Assembly: GCA_951406725.2 (NCBI GenBank)
Contig: OX597814.1
Span: 58,280,001-58,344,000, forward strand
Source: Octopus vulgaris
Lineage: Eukaryota
Reading direction: 5' to 3'
Length of the DNA stretch: 64,000 nt
Every line of letters begins with the position of its first letter. The first letter of the stretch is position 1. The position numbers and the translations under genes are program-made. Under the pieces are notes generated by a model. The model had not been told where the DNA came from and ran no database searches. It saw nothing but the letters and a program-made list of their open reading frames with translations. Below are positions 27,994-44,848 of the stretch, piece by piece.

Positions 27994-28500
27994 TGATTGG
28001 AAGTGTTATCATGTACATTGTTTTGTCTTGGTGTAAAAACATGGGCTACAGCAAATATTCTGCTCAATACCACAGATTTGCTTGTCAGTTGTTTGACTTT
28101 AGCCAGTTGAGCATGTCCCTTAGTGGCTGACGATATGTGCATCTCTGATCACGAACAGAAGTAGTGAGGGAGTATCATAGCCATGTGTTGAGAAGGATTC
28201 TTTGGGGTTTGAATAATTCACCTCTGGAAACATGGGTGTTTCGTTCAACATCCTTAAACAACCCTTATTCAGGGACCTTTCGAGTGGGATGGGTTACTCG
28301 ACCTGAAAAAAATCCTAACTGGGCCCCACCTGCAAGGTCATGTGCTGTTTATTTTGATATGAGATCACCATGTCGCGCACATAGGGTTGTGATGCATGTG
28401 CCTAGTGTAACCTTATCAGACGGGTAGTCAAGATGGGTATACTGGGCTTCGTATATTTTACCCCAGTGTCACTTTGATGACATGCACTGCTCTCTCACTC

Positions 28501-28548
<48 letters not shown>

Positions 28549-28985
28549 AAGAAGAAGAAGAAGAAGAAGAAGAAGAAGAAGAAGAAGAAGAAGAAGAAGA
28601 AGAAGAAGAAGAAGAAGAAGAATCGATTGTAGATAATGAAAATCGAAATTGCTTAATTATTGACCCATCTTGCCCGCTTGATTCCATGAACGTAATGTAA
28701 GAAGAAGAAATACAAAACAAAGAAGATACAATCCCTTGAAGTTTGAAATAGGAAGAATTTGGAGCGTGCCAAAAATAACGGTCGTGTCTTTAACGATTAG
28801 GCCGTAGGAACAGTAACTCAAGATGTAGACAAATACCTGAAAACATTCAAACAGAATGCTTGTAGGGCTCCTACAGAAAGTTTGTCTCTTAGGGACAGCA
28901 GGAATTATGAAGGAAGTCTGCTGAATACTTGCGGATACACAAAATTATCCACACACTTCCTACCGGGAATAAGGCTGAACCTGAA
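27755..28985 (+). mobile_element. R4/Dong-like (restriction-like endonuclease) non-LTR fragments among (TAA)n/(GAA)n arrays
   Basis: 27755..27920: CAKATFQKGK and EQTYKYLGINEG (late RT). 28622..28985: CLIIDPSCPLDS, LKFEIGRIWSV..TVVSL, LQKVCLLGTAGIMKEV (RLE domain). Confidence 0.75.
27992..28500 (+). repeat. Unclassified ~510-bp interspersed repeat with an (AAT)n tail
   Basis: Higher-GC, non-coding block bounded on both sides by (AAT)n arrays. Confidence 0.5.
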
Positions 28986-28998
28986 CCAAACCAAATTG

Positions 28999-29051
<53 letters not shown>

Positions 29052-29300
29052 AATACTAATACTACTACTACTAATAATAATGATGATGATGATGATGACG
29101 AAGAAAGAAGAAAGCAGGGTAGGCAAGATAACACTTGGTCAAAAAGTTTTGTGTAAATATGACGGATGTCTCCTCTCATATTACAGTGAGTTTATTGAGA
29201 TTAGAGACCGTGGGTAATAGTACCCTTTAATATTAATTGCATATAAAGGATGTTTTTCTGAAATATTCTGGTAAATTTCATGCAGTACTTTTATAATACA

Positions 29301-29694
29301 CTAGCAGTATCGCCCGGCGTTGCTCGGGTTTGTAAGGGAAATAATTATATAAGCATTTTTAGAGATGTAAAGTATAATAGCCATCTCAATATGGCTAACC
29401 ACAAAGGGGGAGGGGTGTTACTGTAGCTTTTTACGTTCTGAGATTTAATAATAAAATTTAGAGAGTTACTTCCCTTATATATGTCAAAAATGAATTAAAA
29501 ATGGGAAAAATTGATGGTAATTTTTTTTTTAATCGTAGACTCATCGTAGACGCGCGCTAATACCCAGACGGTCTCGATATGAATCACGACTATAAGATAC
29601 CCGGTTTTGGTTAAACTGCACCGCAAAATATGGGAGTAGTTAGGAATCTAAATCGTAGGAGACAGACACACAACCTCACTTTTATATATAAAGA
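29301..29694 (-). mobile_element. Complete non-autonomous Helitron (394 bp)
   Basis: Minus strand: A|TCTTTATATAT 5' end, subterminal hairpin CCCGAGCAACGCCGGG, then CTAG|T; inserted at an AT site with no TSD. Confidence 0.9.
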
Positions 29695-29858
29695 TTTCCT
29701 CTATTTACATAATATTGAGGTCTCTTTCTTTCTTTTGTTATCGTACTGTTTTTACCAATATACATATATATATATATATATAAATATACATATAGTTACA
29801 GAGATGTACTTGCATAGCAAGTGACTTGATCTGAGATCGTGTGCTGGAACGAAAACAG

Positions 29859-30117
29859 TTGCAGCGTTGAAGGTGTTTATAAGCCATTTAAGAAACACAC
29901 AAAAACCGTTAGATTCACTTCAACATTTAAATTTAATTTGTCAAAATATTTTCGTCGCTTTGAGACCGCGACCTGTTAGCACGATATTTTTGTCAGTGAA
30001 CAGGTCGCGGTCTCAAAGCGAGGAAAATATTTTGGCAAATTAAATTTAAATGTTGAAGTGAATCTAACGGTTTTTGTGTGTTTCTTAAATGGCTTACAAA
30101 CACCTTCCACGCTGCAA
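29859..30117. repeat. Fold-back with 119-bp arms and 21-nt spacer, flanked by (TA)n
   Basis: 29859..29977 is the reverse complement of 29999..30117 with ~4 mismatches. Confidence 0.95.
29991..30037 (+). ncRNA. Hammerhead-like motif with swapped G3-C8 core
   Basis: tgtca-GTGAACA-g-gtcgc(ggtctcaaa)gcga[c]-GAAA-A-TA-TTT-tg[a]ca; the bracketed, better-pairing bases are read from the opposite arm. Confidence 0.65.
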
Positions 30118-30189
30118 TATATATATACACACATATATATATATGTATGTATTTATGTATGTGTGTATATGTGTATGCATGTATGTGTG

Positions 30190-30415
30190 TGTGTGTGCGT
30201 GTCTGTGCTTGTGATTGTCCTCCACCACTGCTTGACAACGAATGTTGGTTTGTTTACATCCCTGTCACCTAGTGGTTTGACAAAGGAAACAGATAGAATA
30301 AGTACAATGCTTACAAAAATAAAACTGGAGTTGATTCATTAAACTACAATTCTTCAAGGCATTGCCCCAGCATGGCCACAGACCAATGGCTGGAAAAAGC
30401 AGAAGAATAAAAGAA
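30190..30415 (+). mobile_element. SINE family A, 3' half
   Basis: gcttgacaac...gatagaataagtac...gccccagcatggccacag. Confidence 0.7.
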
Positions 30416-30474
30416 TACATTCTCTGCTTTGGTCTTATGTTCAAGGCATGAGAAAGCTTGAGTTTACATGAGGC

Positions 30475-31242
30475 CTAACAGACCTGGTAGAAACAGCAGC
30501 CAAATCTCCCTCAAATCACACCTTACTGTCTTATGTATGTATATATATATGAGCCAATGAGGGGGACGTCTACATGGTAGCTAGACCTGGTAGAAATAGC
30601 AGCCAAATTTCCCCCAAATCACACCTTACTGTCTTATCTATGTATATATGTATGTATGAGCCTATGAGAGAGACCCCTACATGGCAGCTAGACATGGTAG
30701 AAATAGCAGCCAAATCTCCCTCAAATCACACCTTACTGTCTTATGTATGTATATATAAATATATATACAAGCCACTACGGTTATTTAATGTAAAGTCTTC
30801 CTCAAATCACTCTCGCTATTTACTCTCTTCCAAGAACATTTTCACTCACTCTTATCTCTTAGCTTGCCATACATTTTACTCATGTATCTATCAGCATGAT
30901 AGACAGAAACAAATATTACATCGCCATAGCCATCGCCATCGCATTCTATTGTCTACCTGTCAACACATACACAGTGAATTACTTTCATTCTATTCGTTGC
31001 ACACTGTGTGTGTGCGTGTGGTGTAAACCACATAAAAAAAGCATTTGACATACACACCAGAATGTGAGTTTTCTGTAAATTTTGCTTAATTGGAGTTTAA
31101 ATTTTAAAAACTGGACCTGGCATGACCCGATGCATTCTACTCTTAAAAATGCTAGGTAAATTGTAATTGAAGAAATCCTATATTGTAGATTTCTCTAACT
31201 GACAAAGGGAAGCAGATAAAATCTGCCTTTTATAATAAGAGA
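30475..31242 (-). mobile_element. Helitron-like non-autonomous element with three ~105-bp tandem units
   Basis: Minus-strand 5' end A|TCTCTTATTATAAAAGGC; units gacctggtagaaa.agcagccaaat.tccc.caaatcacaccttactgtctta at 30481, 30584 and 30691; 3' CTAG end not seen. Confidence 0.55.
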
Positions 31243-32650
31243 TTCAACATTTCGGTGCTATTTCTCAACAAAATATTGCTTCGTGACGATTTGCAACTCT
31301 GCTTTTCGAGGTTGTCTATCTTCATACAACAATTGTACAAACTTTGCTTCAACAAAATACTACCGGTACCTCTTTCTGCATTAGCAATAAATACCTAGCC
31401 GGGTTTTTCTGAATCTTTAGTAGTCATGATACCAACCTATCAAAACACATTTTTAACCACATATCATTCGATGCCAACATAGCTCTCACTTTATGCGCGT
31501 AATGTAGCGCTGAGACAATAAGATTTAAAGCTCCAGTTGCCACAAATTTCCTTTATTGTCATACTCGCATTATGCTGCTAGTGTAGTTGCGCGCTAATGT
31601 TAACTTATTTTTTAATCTCCTTAATATTAAAGACCGAACACATGAATGTACACTTGGAGCCTAGTGTTGTTTAAGACTTAAAGTTACAGTTCTCGTCAAC
31701 TATATGAAATTGCTTTCCAACTTTCCACGAATCAGAGATATTCATATAATTTTAATCATAATCTTTCGTTAGAGAAAACCTCAAATAAAGAGACTTTCGT
31801 TTCTCTGTAACTGGATTGCCTTGAAATATCCTTGCTCTTTCGATATTTATATAAACACTCAAACAAATTATTGGAAACTTTCTATTTTGAAATAAGTAGG
31901 ATGCCATGAAATTGCAACCCATGTTTTTGTTACTACATCTCTTGCAGAGAACCCCATACTCTACAGGAAAGAGGCAAAAGAAAAGAAAAATTAGCAAAAG
32001 TTAAAATGATGACCAGAAAAAGGACAGTGACTGAAACAAATAACAAATATATTTTTCAACTTTATTCTCACCAATATCAATTTGTTCTTTGATGATTGTA
32101 ATGCATCACTACATATCAACTTCGAAGTAACTCATTTTCATTGTAAAATGAATGAAAAGACCACAGTAAAATCATAAACATGATAAAATCTTTATTTGTT
32201 TTCTGTTTCACTGCTGGCTTCAGACGCAGTACTTTTCTATAATTTGATATATGCAGACAATTTCCTGAAGACAAATATGTACATAAATAAAATTGAGCAT
32301 GCGTCGATAGGATGACATGTTTGTTATTACTTTGTATATTAGTTTGTATAGTATTTTTATATAAAAATCACAAGTAACGGAAATGGCTATAGTTGAAAGC
32401 AAATGCCTCAAAATATTATCACAAATGTAAATACGAACCGCCTGTGTATTGACTTTTTATATCGTGTATGTGTGATTATGATAAATGTGTGTTTCTAATA
32501 AAACTCAGTGTTCAAGTGTCATGAGACTTCATTGCCTTTGATATACATACGTTATATATGTATATACATACATACATAAAGATAGATAGTGACACACGCA
32601 CACGTATTTATCCATACATAGATACATGTATACATACATATATTCATACG

Positions 32651-32800
<150 letters not shown>

Positions 32801-33379
32801 TATAAGTTCAGTCATGATAGCGATTTATAACATGATAACAATGTAATGAAGAATACATGTTCTGCTTTGCAGTAAAATTTTTCTTTTCCGTAGCTAGATT
32901 TAATCTTTGACCAACACTCTAAATCTGAGCCCAGAGATTCTGACGAATATCTTTCAGGTCAGTAATTAGTTACTGGTTACGAGTGAGTTCTAACTTCTTT
33001 TCATTCATATGCTGTTTATGCATCTAAGGTATAAATTTAATGTTTGAATTCAGTCAAAATTTAATAATTAGCAGTAATATTTTATATCCGCTGTGTTGGA
33101 TGAATTTCAGTCTGAAAGTACCATAACAATATTTCATTTTTCATGTACGACATGCTTCATGTTCACAAAATCCTTTGACAATGTAACTGTATTAAAAAGT
33201 AACAGTGTACAAATAATATAATAATTATTACCCCGCTACTAGTTCTAGCTGGTGACAGCAAGGACCTAGCATGCAAGGTCACACCAGGTAAAAAGAAAGA
33301 ACAAGAAAACAGGTAACCTGACTACAACAAGTGTGTGAATATGAAACAGGAGCACAAACTCTATTGAATACAAGAATAT

Positions 33380-35967
<2,588 letters not shown>

Positions 35968-35988
35968 CTTGTATGCATTTCTATATAT

Positions 35989-36040
<52 letters not shown>

Positions 36041-37550
36041 CATGTGAAATTATTAATACAAATACATACACACTCACATAGATTTATATATATATACATA
36101 CAATATAGGTGTGTGCTTTTTCTAATAAGAATACTGATATAAGTAAGCCTTTTTGATAACGTAAGGTTACTTGAAGAATATCTACATGAATTAACAACCA
36201 AAAATACTGATCGGTATCTTTTCCCCTGAAACTGCTTCAAATACTGAGAAAATAACTGATAAATTCCTATTGAAGATCAAAAAAATTTTAGAGAGTACTT
36301 TGAAAGAATTTTTTATTGAGAATTTAACTCAATTATGAAAATGTATGCTGCCTTAATTGTATTATATATCCATTGAAATTTCTAAATATTATAGAATGTT
36401 TAATTCATATAATTCTAGAGTACCTGTGTGAATTTGTTCATTGTCACTGCATACTAGAACTGTTGAATCCAATTATGCCCTACCCATTGATGTTGGTCTT
36501 TAAATAGAATTTAATATTCCGATAGATGCTGCATGAAGTGTTACATTAAGATGAAACGTTTTAATTTGAATTCCTCTACTTGTAGAGAAATCGCAGGCAG
36601 TGTTATAAAATAAAATCTTATGTATTTAAATATTTAATTTTCCTTTCAATTCATGTTACCCTATAATCATTTCCAATATACATTACTATACTAGATAGTA
36701 AATGTACATAATACCTTTTCTTAATTCCTTCCAACAGTAAATTACATTAATCAGGGATAATGTTGCAATTTTGTCAGATAGCATATACTACTGAGTGCTC
36801 TCTTCATTTAAGAAGTTACAGTTCTATTGTTAATATTTGTCTTCTGAAAGGCCACAATGGAAGCAATTTAGAACCGTTTTCAAACAGGAAATGTGATGTT
36901 TGTTTATGCCTGGAAAAGAATAGATATATGTAAGTGGGTTGTTTTCTGCTCCTTCGGTTAAGTGTATGCTTATGATATTAATGAGTAACTGAAGACTAAA
37001 TGTGACTTCAGTGGTGCTTCGACATTTTGTGCAACGGATCTCGCCATGTATTATATAAACTCGCAATTTTGCCCTTCTACGACTGAGGCATAAGATGAGG
37101 GAGGGAAGTCATAACAGCAGTATGTATTGAGAAATGTGTCAATGGACTTGATAGATTACTGGATGAAGTCTTAGAGAAATCACATTATTGTTGGTGATAC
37201 AGTATTCTATTGCAACTATATGACATGTGTTTGCGACTAATTGACATGTGATGATTCACTCCTGAAATAAAATAAGCTCCCAGGCTCTGTATCATGAATG
37301 GTTATGTGAACCACTCCTAAAGGCCAAAGCTTCCTTCGACCACTGCATAAAAAAATGTTATTTAAATATACTTGTAGTTTAGTTGTTTACACTATTTTGC
37401 GCTTGTTTATACTCTTATACATTCAAAGCTCATAAATTTCCTTATTTAAATTATGAATCGTACTCCTTTCGATAAAAACTTCTCTGTGGACGATATTTTC
37501 GGTTTGGCTGACACTAATTTTTAAATTACTGGAGTCCGTTGCTCTACTCA

Positions 37551-38458
37551 TAGTGACCTATAACTGGCTCTATGCCTTGTTTGATGTGAATTTGTGAGCG
37601 GAAACTTTAAGTTTGCCAAAAATCCATTAAAACATACCTCACACTGTTCGGTGCGAATAATGTCTAGATGTTCTGGTACCGTGGGTTATTTGACAAAACT
37701 GAGACGGAAAAAACAGCTGCCTCCATTAGCCGTTTCGAATCCATCTCGAAACTGTCACGCTTCAATAACCATAAAATAATCGCACACACTATATACTGAC
37801 ACACTTTTCCAATTTTATTTTCACTGTTAAGTCTTGCAACCTTCCTCGTATCAACGATGGGGCCACGAAAAATACGAAATATACGAATCCCGAGTTACTC
37901 ATGGTCGGTGAATTTTTAATAAAATGCGAATCTTCTTTCTCAATTCAAAAAGCTATATCCGTGAAATAATAATTTCTGATTTTTTAATGCTAAAAATCTT
38001 CCTTACTACAGCCTTTGTAATTTCGAAAAATATCGTAACCATTGGTCCAGCTGTCTGGCTGTGAAGAGGGAACGGTCAAAGAGACGGACAGATGGACAGA
38101 TAAGCGGACATAACGCCCATTATAGTAAGATAGCAAATCTGCCTAACTACAATGGGAAATAAAGGGACAATATCGCAAATCTAAATCGTCTAAATTCCCG
38201 AACTTACGGGGTGAAATCTAAAGTTAATCCTCGTCGCCGTAATTTTAACAACTAAAAATTCCAAAGGTGAATTATTAATATAAAACTCAATACCCATTAA
38301 ATAATCATATTTCTTCACTTTCTTCACCTGATTATCTCCTTTGTAATCCCGAAAAACATCTTGACCACTGGTCAAGCCGTTTGGCTGCGAAGAGGAAACA
38401 GGCAGACAGTTGACAGACAGACGGACAGACAACGGACATAATACCCGTTATAGTAAGA
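37551..38458 (-). mobile_element. Helitron-like remnant with two tandem 5' termini
   Basis: Minus-strand A|TCTTACTATAA..GG...TATGTCCG starts at 38458 and again at 38130, each followed by ctgt-type microrepeats; 3' end degenerate. Confidence 0.5.
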
Positions 38459-38974
38459 TTATATATTAAATAGGAACGAAGCTGTGACATAGTAAAATGG
38501 GAAATTTATCGACTCCGGAGCACTGTATGTTTTCGTTCTCAATACTTGAATATGTTCTTGAAATACGGGGCAGAAACAAACGTAAAAAGCTACCTTCTAA
38601 TTGCTTCATCGCATCGTTCTACCAAACGAGTATCCATAATTCTGACAAAGAGCAGACAAATTGTTTCTGACACATTATCTCTAAACAGTTAATTACTACG
38701 AGTGCTCTTCGAATGAAAGTTAAAAAAGGAGAACTGTATAACATATAGATTATATCATGTTGTTGCTTAAATTTTGGATAAGAAAACTTTGAATAATAAG
38801 ATCTTAAAGACACTCAAGTAATACTGCGTGTATTTGAAAGCCTTGAAAAATATGTCTTATGGTGTACGTTGAGAGATGTTGTTCCTTAAATATAAATTAC
38901 TCTGAAATTAGTCTAAAATTTACATTAGTCATTTTTCATTTCTATAGACTCATTTATCGTTGTTGTATATTTGC

Positions 38975-39180
38975 GTGAGTCTGTGTTTGTCCCCCACGTT
39001 ACCACTTGACAACCGGTGTCGGTGTGTTTACTTCCCCGTAACTTAGCGGTTCGGCAAAAGAGACTAGTAGAATAAGTGCTAGGCTTACAAAAGGCGTGGT
39101 GTCGATTTGTTCTACTAAAGGCGGTTCTGCAGCATGGTCGCAGACAAATGAGTGAAACAAGTAAAAGAATAAAAGAAAAA
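38975..39180 (+). mobile_element. SINE family A, 3' half
   Basis: cttgacaaccggtgtcggtgtgtttac...acttagcggttcggcaaaagagac...gcagcatggtcgcag. Confidence 0.85.
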
Positions 39181-39226
39181 TACTTCTTACTTTATTCTGC
39201 TTCAAATTGTTACAAGTAGTGTCAAA

Positions 39227-39342
<116 letters not shown>

Positions 39343-42254
39343 AAGTTATGGATGTACTATGTTGTTGCTACTTTTATCATTCTGTTGATAGAGATCCTGG
39401 CACTCATGAAATGAGGTATGATGACAATCTTCCTATGCGACTAGTTATGATTTGGAGTTTTCCATGAACCAAAGTAGATGGAACGATCTTCATAATATAT
39501 AATTTTAACTTTAAAGATGTTCCCACGTTAAGTTGTTATACTATAATAGTTATACTATAAAATGCATAACAGTTCATAGTATCAGAAAACAGAACGTTTT
39601 AACAACTGAAAAATTTCAGGCACGTATTATTTAACAGATTATCCTAATGGCAAATATATCTCCTTTCGCCAAAGCAATCAATAGTCTCAGTTATTACTTC
39701 TTTTTATTGATTTATCTCTTCGTGGACCATTCAAATTAAATACACATCTGCAATTAAAAGAGATAACGATAACCAGTATCTATATTTGCATTAAATATTT
39801 TCATTATTGTGGCATCGCTTTGAAACTAGGTTTTTTTCCCTCTTTTGTTGGAACTCAACAGTTTCAGCTTCATATAATGTTTTTTAAGCAAGACAAAAGC
39901 ATCCGCCATGTATAATTCGTTAACTTAGCAGTCAATTTCCTTTTATATTTTGATACACTGGCAATATTAATGGCTAGAACGGGCTTCTTTATATGAAGCC
40001 CAACGCAAGATTTACCTAATATATTATCATTCGTCTACCAAATACTATCCACGCAATTTCCTGCCCAGTATATAAAATCCCAATTAAATTAACAGAATGC
40101 CTTCTGTCTAGAATGTGTTAGTTTTAGACGTACTTATGAAAACCTATAGATTCAAACTCTTCAATAAGAGATTCTAATATTTACTTCACAACACATTTGA
40201 TTGAACACACCACGTTAGCAAATAAGAAAATGAAAGCGAAAATTACCATGTTTTCATTATTTATTCTTGATGCGTCCACGTCTAGGCCTTGTAGCAGATC
40301 CTATTGCTGCTGTTTGCTTTTGGCATTTCTATTTCATTTGTCGATAATGTTATTACCTAAGGTGCTACCATTGCTTGAAACAGCGGTGTGATATCGATGT
40401 TATTCGTTATAGAGAAGGTTTCTATTCACTGTTGGAAGATGATTTTAAAATATTGTTTCCTATATTTAAATAACATTTTATATAGATGTAGCAGCATGAT
40501 TAATTTGATCTGATATTTAAAGGTGATTAATGAGGATCTAGAGTCATTTTTATCCAATATTTTATCATCGCCATTAACTACGTTGAAATATTCAGTATTT
40601 GATGAAGAATGTCATAAAATAAGAAGTAAGCTATTTTATAATATTATCCATCAATACCCGATGAGATTCCAGTCGAAGAAAATTTATGTATTACATAACG
40701 ACTTTCCCTTTGGGAAAGCGTACACATTTCACAATGTTCATCTCGCAAATGTGAAAAGGAGAATTGATGGATAAGCTACGTAAAACACCTCTCTTTCTCC
40801 CTCTCTCCCATCTGTCACTCTCATTCTCTCTCCCTCTCTCCCATCTGTCGCTCTCAATCTCTCTCTCCCTCTCTGGACAGAAACCATAAGAGCTGCTTTC
40901 GATTCGCATGAAATTCAAGAATTCATTTTACTCTATTAAACAGTCTTCAGACTACTCACCTCTCCACGTTTTCTCCATAACCCATATATGTTTCTGATCT
41001 TATGAAACAGTCTCTTCTTGGCAAGAGAGAACATTTTTTTCTTTCTGTGCACTGACAAATTACGGCTACATAATATTTGATGGCTAGCCAGTCGTGATCA
41101 GTCATCGAAAAGAGAGCATGCCATATTTTTATTGTATGTTTTTATCCAGCATAGTCTGACGACCGGACAATATTGCGCAACCTACATATTTAATGTACCG
41201 TGCCCCTACTTAACGGAGGACAACAGTGCATATTCTGATATGTATATTATTCGGTTATTCGGAGCGCAGTATTGCAGTCTAGATATTTTGTACTCACTCT
41301 TGACCGTGCTTATTTCTCTTCACACATCGTTATTATTTAACACCAGGTAGGCATTGATAGAATAGAATAACGATCAAACAAATTCTACAAGCGATGATCC
41401 TGTTTGTTTTACAGCCGATTTTTCTCAGACTATATTATATAAATGGCTAATCTAATTAAAAAGTATTGGCAACTGTTACTATCAGGATGAACAACTAAAT
41501 AATATTTCCCTCATTTGTTTATACGCACATTTATTACGGTGTTCATCACCTTGACCAAAGTGACATCAGGTTAAAGATATCTCAATTATATTTTCTTTCT
41601 CGTCATTTATACAAATCCCAAAGTGTCATTTCATTTCTAAGAGAGAAGAAACGGTATCCTACATAGTTTAAATGTTGTTTTAGCTATTTAAACAAACACT
41701 TAGAGTGTTCCTTATTGGCTCTAGAGAATCCGGCGATGAATGTAAGGAAAGGGAGCAAAGTATTTTGATTAGATCAGGGCAGAAGACGAACAAAAACCCA
41801 ATTTTCCACTGCATAGTTCTTGCATTAATACGCCGAATGATACTGAACTAAGGTTTGTGTGTAAATGTCTATTTTTACTTCTGACTAGGAAGGATAGGAG
41901 TGATTTAGTTGACAGTTGCAGAAAAATCCGTGCATTACAGTGACTTTAGTTGCTGAGATATGAAATGTAAGAAATGGAGTGTAATACAATATCAACAAGT
42001 ACAATTTGCAAGGTTTATAATTATAGTTATGGTTTTCCATTATGCATGCGATCTGAAGGCGTATGTTCCTTGAAGAGAGTAAGTTCGTTATTTTGTAATC
42101 TTTGTGAGGTTCTGGCCTCAAGCATGCTCGGCCTAATTCATGAGGTAACTAAGATTTTGATTTGTGCAATGTTTTTGTTATTTTGTTCAACTGGTCAAAT
42201 GTCGAAGCTGGAAAACTGTAAACATTTTGAAACGATATTTTGCAATTCTTGGTA

Positions 42255-42665
42255 TACTCTCTTTTACTCTCTTTTACTTCTTTCAGTCCTTTGATTGCGG
42301 CCATGCTGGAGCATCGCCTTTAGTCGAGCAAATCAACCCCAGGACTTTTTCTTTGTAAGCCTAGTACTTATTCTATCGGTTTCTTTTGTCGAACTGCTAA
42401 GTTACGGGGATTTAAACACACCAGCATCCTTTGTCAATCGATGTTGGGGGGGGGGGGCAAACGCAGACACACAAACACACACACATATACATATATACAT
42501 ATACACGACGGGCTTCTTTCAGTTTCCGTCTACCAAATCCACTCATGGCTTTGTTCGACCCGAAGCTATAGTAGAAGACACTTGCGCAAAGTTCCACGCA
42601 GTGGGACTGAACCGGAAACTATGTAGTTGGTAAGCAAGCTACTTATCACACAGCCACTCCTATGC
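42255..42665 (-). mobile_element. SINE family A, full-length (counterpart at 48878..49283)
   Basis: Same architecture as 8473..8892. Confidence 0.85.
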
Positions 42666-44773
42666 CTTGTTTGTTTTTTGTGTAAATGTTGTGGAGGTGC
42701 TACATTTAGAGTGTGAGAAAAATAGGTGGATTTACTATATGTTACGATACGCTCTTTGTGTTGAAGTGAAATGATTGAAACATTTTATTTTCAGTTAGGA
42801 AGAGCGTATTATTATTATTTTGTTCGCCTTTCTTACATGAATGGGAGACGTAACATATTGTCAGCCGAGCATAATTAGCACTGAATTGTATCAATGTTAA
42901 CGAATTACTGACTTTAAACTAGGCGTTTCTAGGAAAGGAGATGAAAATTGATTTGATGATACTCACATTTCCCAAACGGCTGTGAAGTACGTACTCACTC
43001 AATGAATCTGCAGGAGATAACAGTGTTTCATGGAAATGCTAACCGTTTAAGTTCGACTCGGTCCTTCAAGTTTTCGGTTATGAGATTCTATATGATAACA
43101 TAAAGAGTGAATAGGCTCCTGAGTTGTTTATTCCGTACACATCCTAATACGTTTGCATGATCCCATACTATTTGGTAAAGTTCAATTTCATCTCACTATA
43201 AACGGAATGTTAACCGACGTTAGACAAATGTTCCTGATGAAAGATACAGGAGTTAAGTACATAGAATAAATCAGGAAGACTAGATTTTAAGCACTAAATG
43301 GATACTCTAAATCCTTCCCAGTTTTACTCACCCCCAAATTATATTAATTGTTATCATGCATATTAATTAGAAATTCAATATTTAATGCTCGACTAAATAG
43401 TTCATAAAATATTAAACATTTTTATCTGAGTGTTTTTCTATAGCTAATATTGCAATTTCGGTCCACCTAACTATAAATCGTACGTAACTCTGCTGTATAT
43501 AATATATTTCAGTTTCCTTCATCGGGTTTCAAAAAGACAATTTTTTTCTATTTGAAAAATCCGAATGTGTGTCCTATAAGACACATATACCAACTCTGAC
43601 AAGGAGTTCTAAAATGACATATATGCTGATTGTGACAGAGCTAACAAAGAGTTAACGAAGTAGAAAATAGAAATTGAAGGCAGTAAAGAAATTATAACAG
43701 ATAAATCAGTGTTTCAAAAATATCGTATTTATAACGAGCGTAATATACAGGATTCCTAATATATAACATAAATGAATAGTTGATGCGTATGATATGCCCT
43801 CTAATTTTAGGCGTACTAGGTTTCCAGTTGTTGAAATAAATCGCATTTATCTCACTTCCACCGCATAATAATCGATATTTTCTCATTTATATTCCTTTCC
43901 TTGTTGCCATGATATAGGTTTATAACATCAATTCATAGAATTCTTAATGTAAAATTACACTTAACTCTATTCTCTATTCCTCTAGAAACGAGAAAAAAAA
44001 AAAACCAACGCAGCAAAGATCAGAACTACTTAAAGTAATATTCTCAGATCAATGTGATCTTTATATCGTACGGAAAATAATTGTAGTAGGTGATATGACG
44101 ATCAAACAGGTGACAAAAAATAATATTATTAATGAAAATATTATGAAGCGATGACATTCTTATTGTAATGTATCAAGTGTGAAGTAGCATTATTATACTG
44201 AAGAAGATAACAATATTGTAGAGGCAAGAAAGAGCAAATCTAGATGAAAAGATGCAATATAGAGGTATTCACAGCAGAATTAATGAAAAATCTGTCATAA
44301 AATACTTTATGGATCTGTTAACAATTCCTCATGATATTGCAATTCTATTGACAATGACCTAATAAAACCCATGAAACAGAGAATTACCTATTATCCCTAA
44401 ATTTCCTTTTGTCGCTCTCCCTTTGTGCCAGCAATACGCACACACACAAACACACACATACACACCCACAAAGACACAAATAAATACACACAAGCAAAAA
44501 CACACACTTACGTGTGTGCGTGTGTGCATGTGTGTGTGTGTGCATGTATTGCATTCTTTTATTTTTCTACTTGTTTCAGTCATTTGACTGAGGCCATGCT
44601 CCAAAACCACTTTTAGCAGCACTAAGGACTTATTCTTTGTAAGCCTAGTAGTTAACGTTCTCTTTTCCCTGAACGTTAAGTTACGGGGACGTAAACACAC
44701 CAACATCGGTTGTCAAACGATAGTGGGGGACAAACACACGCAAATATATACATGTATATATATACATATATAC

Positions 44774-44848
<75 letters not shown>

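Noticed and set aside
30481-30760. CRISPR-like repeat-spacer array
   Set aside because: Eukaryotic context, no cas genes, and spacers are mutually related low-complexity sequence
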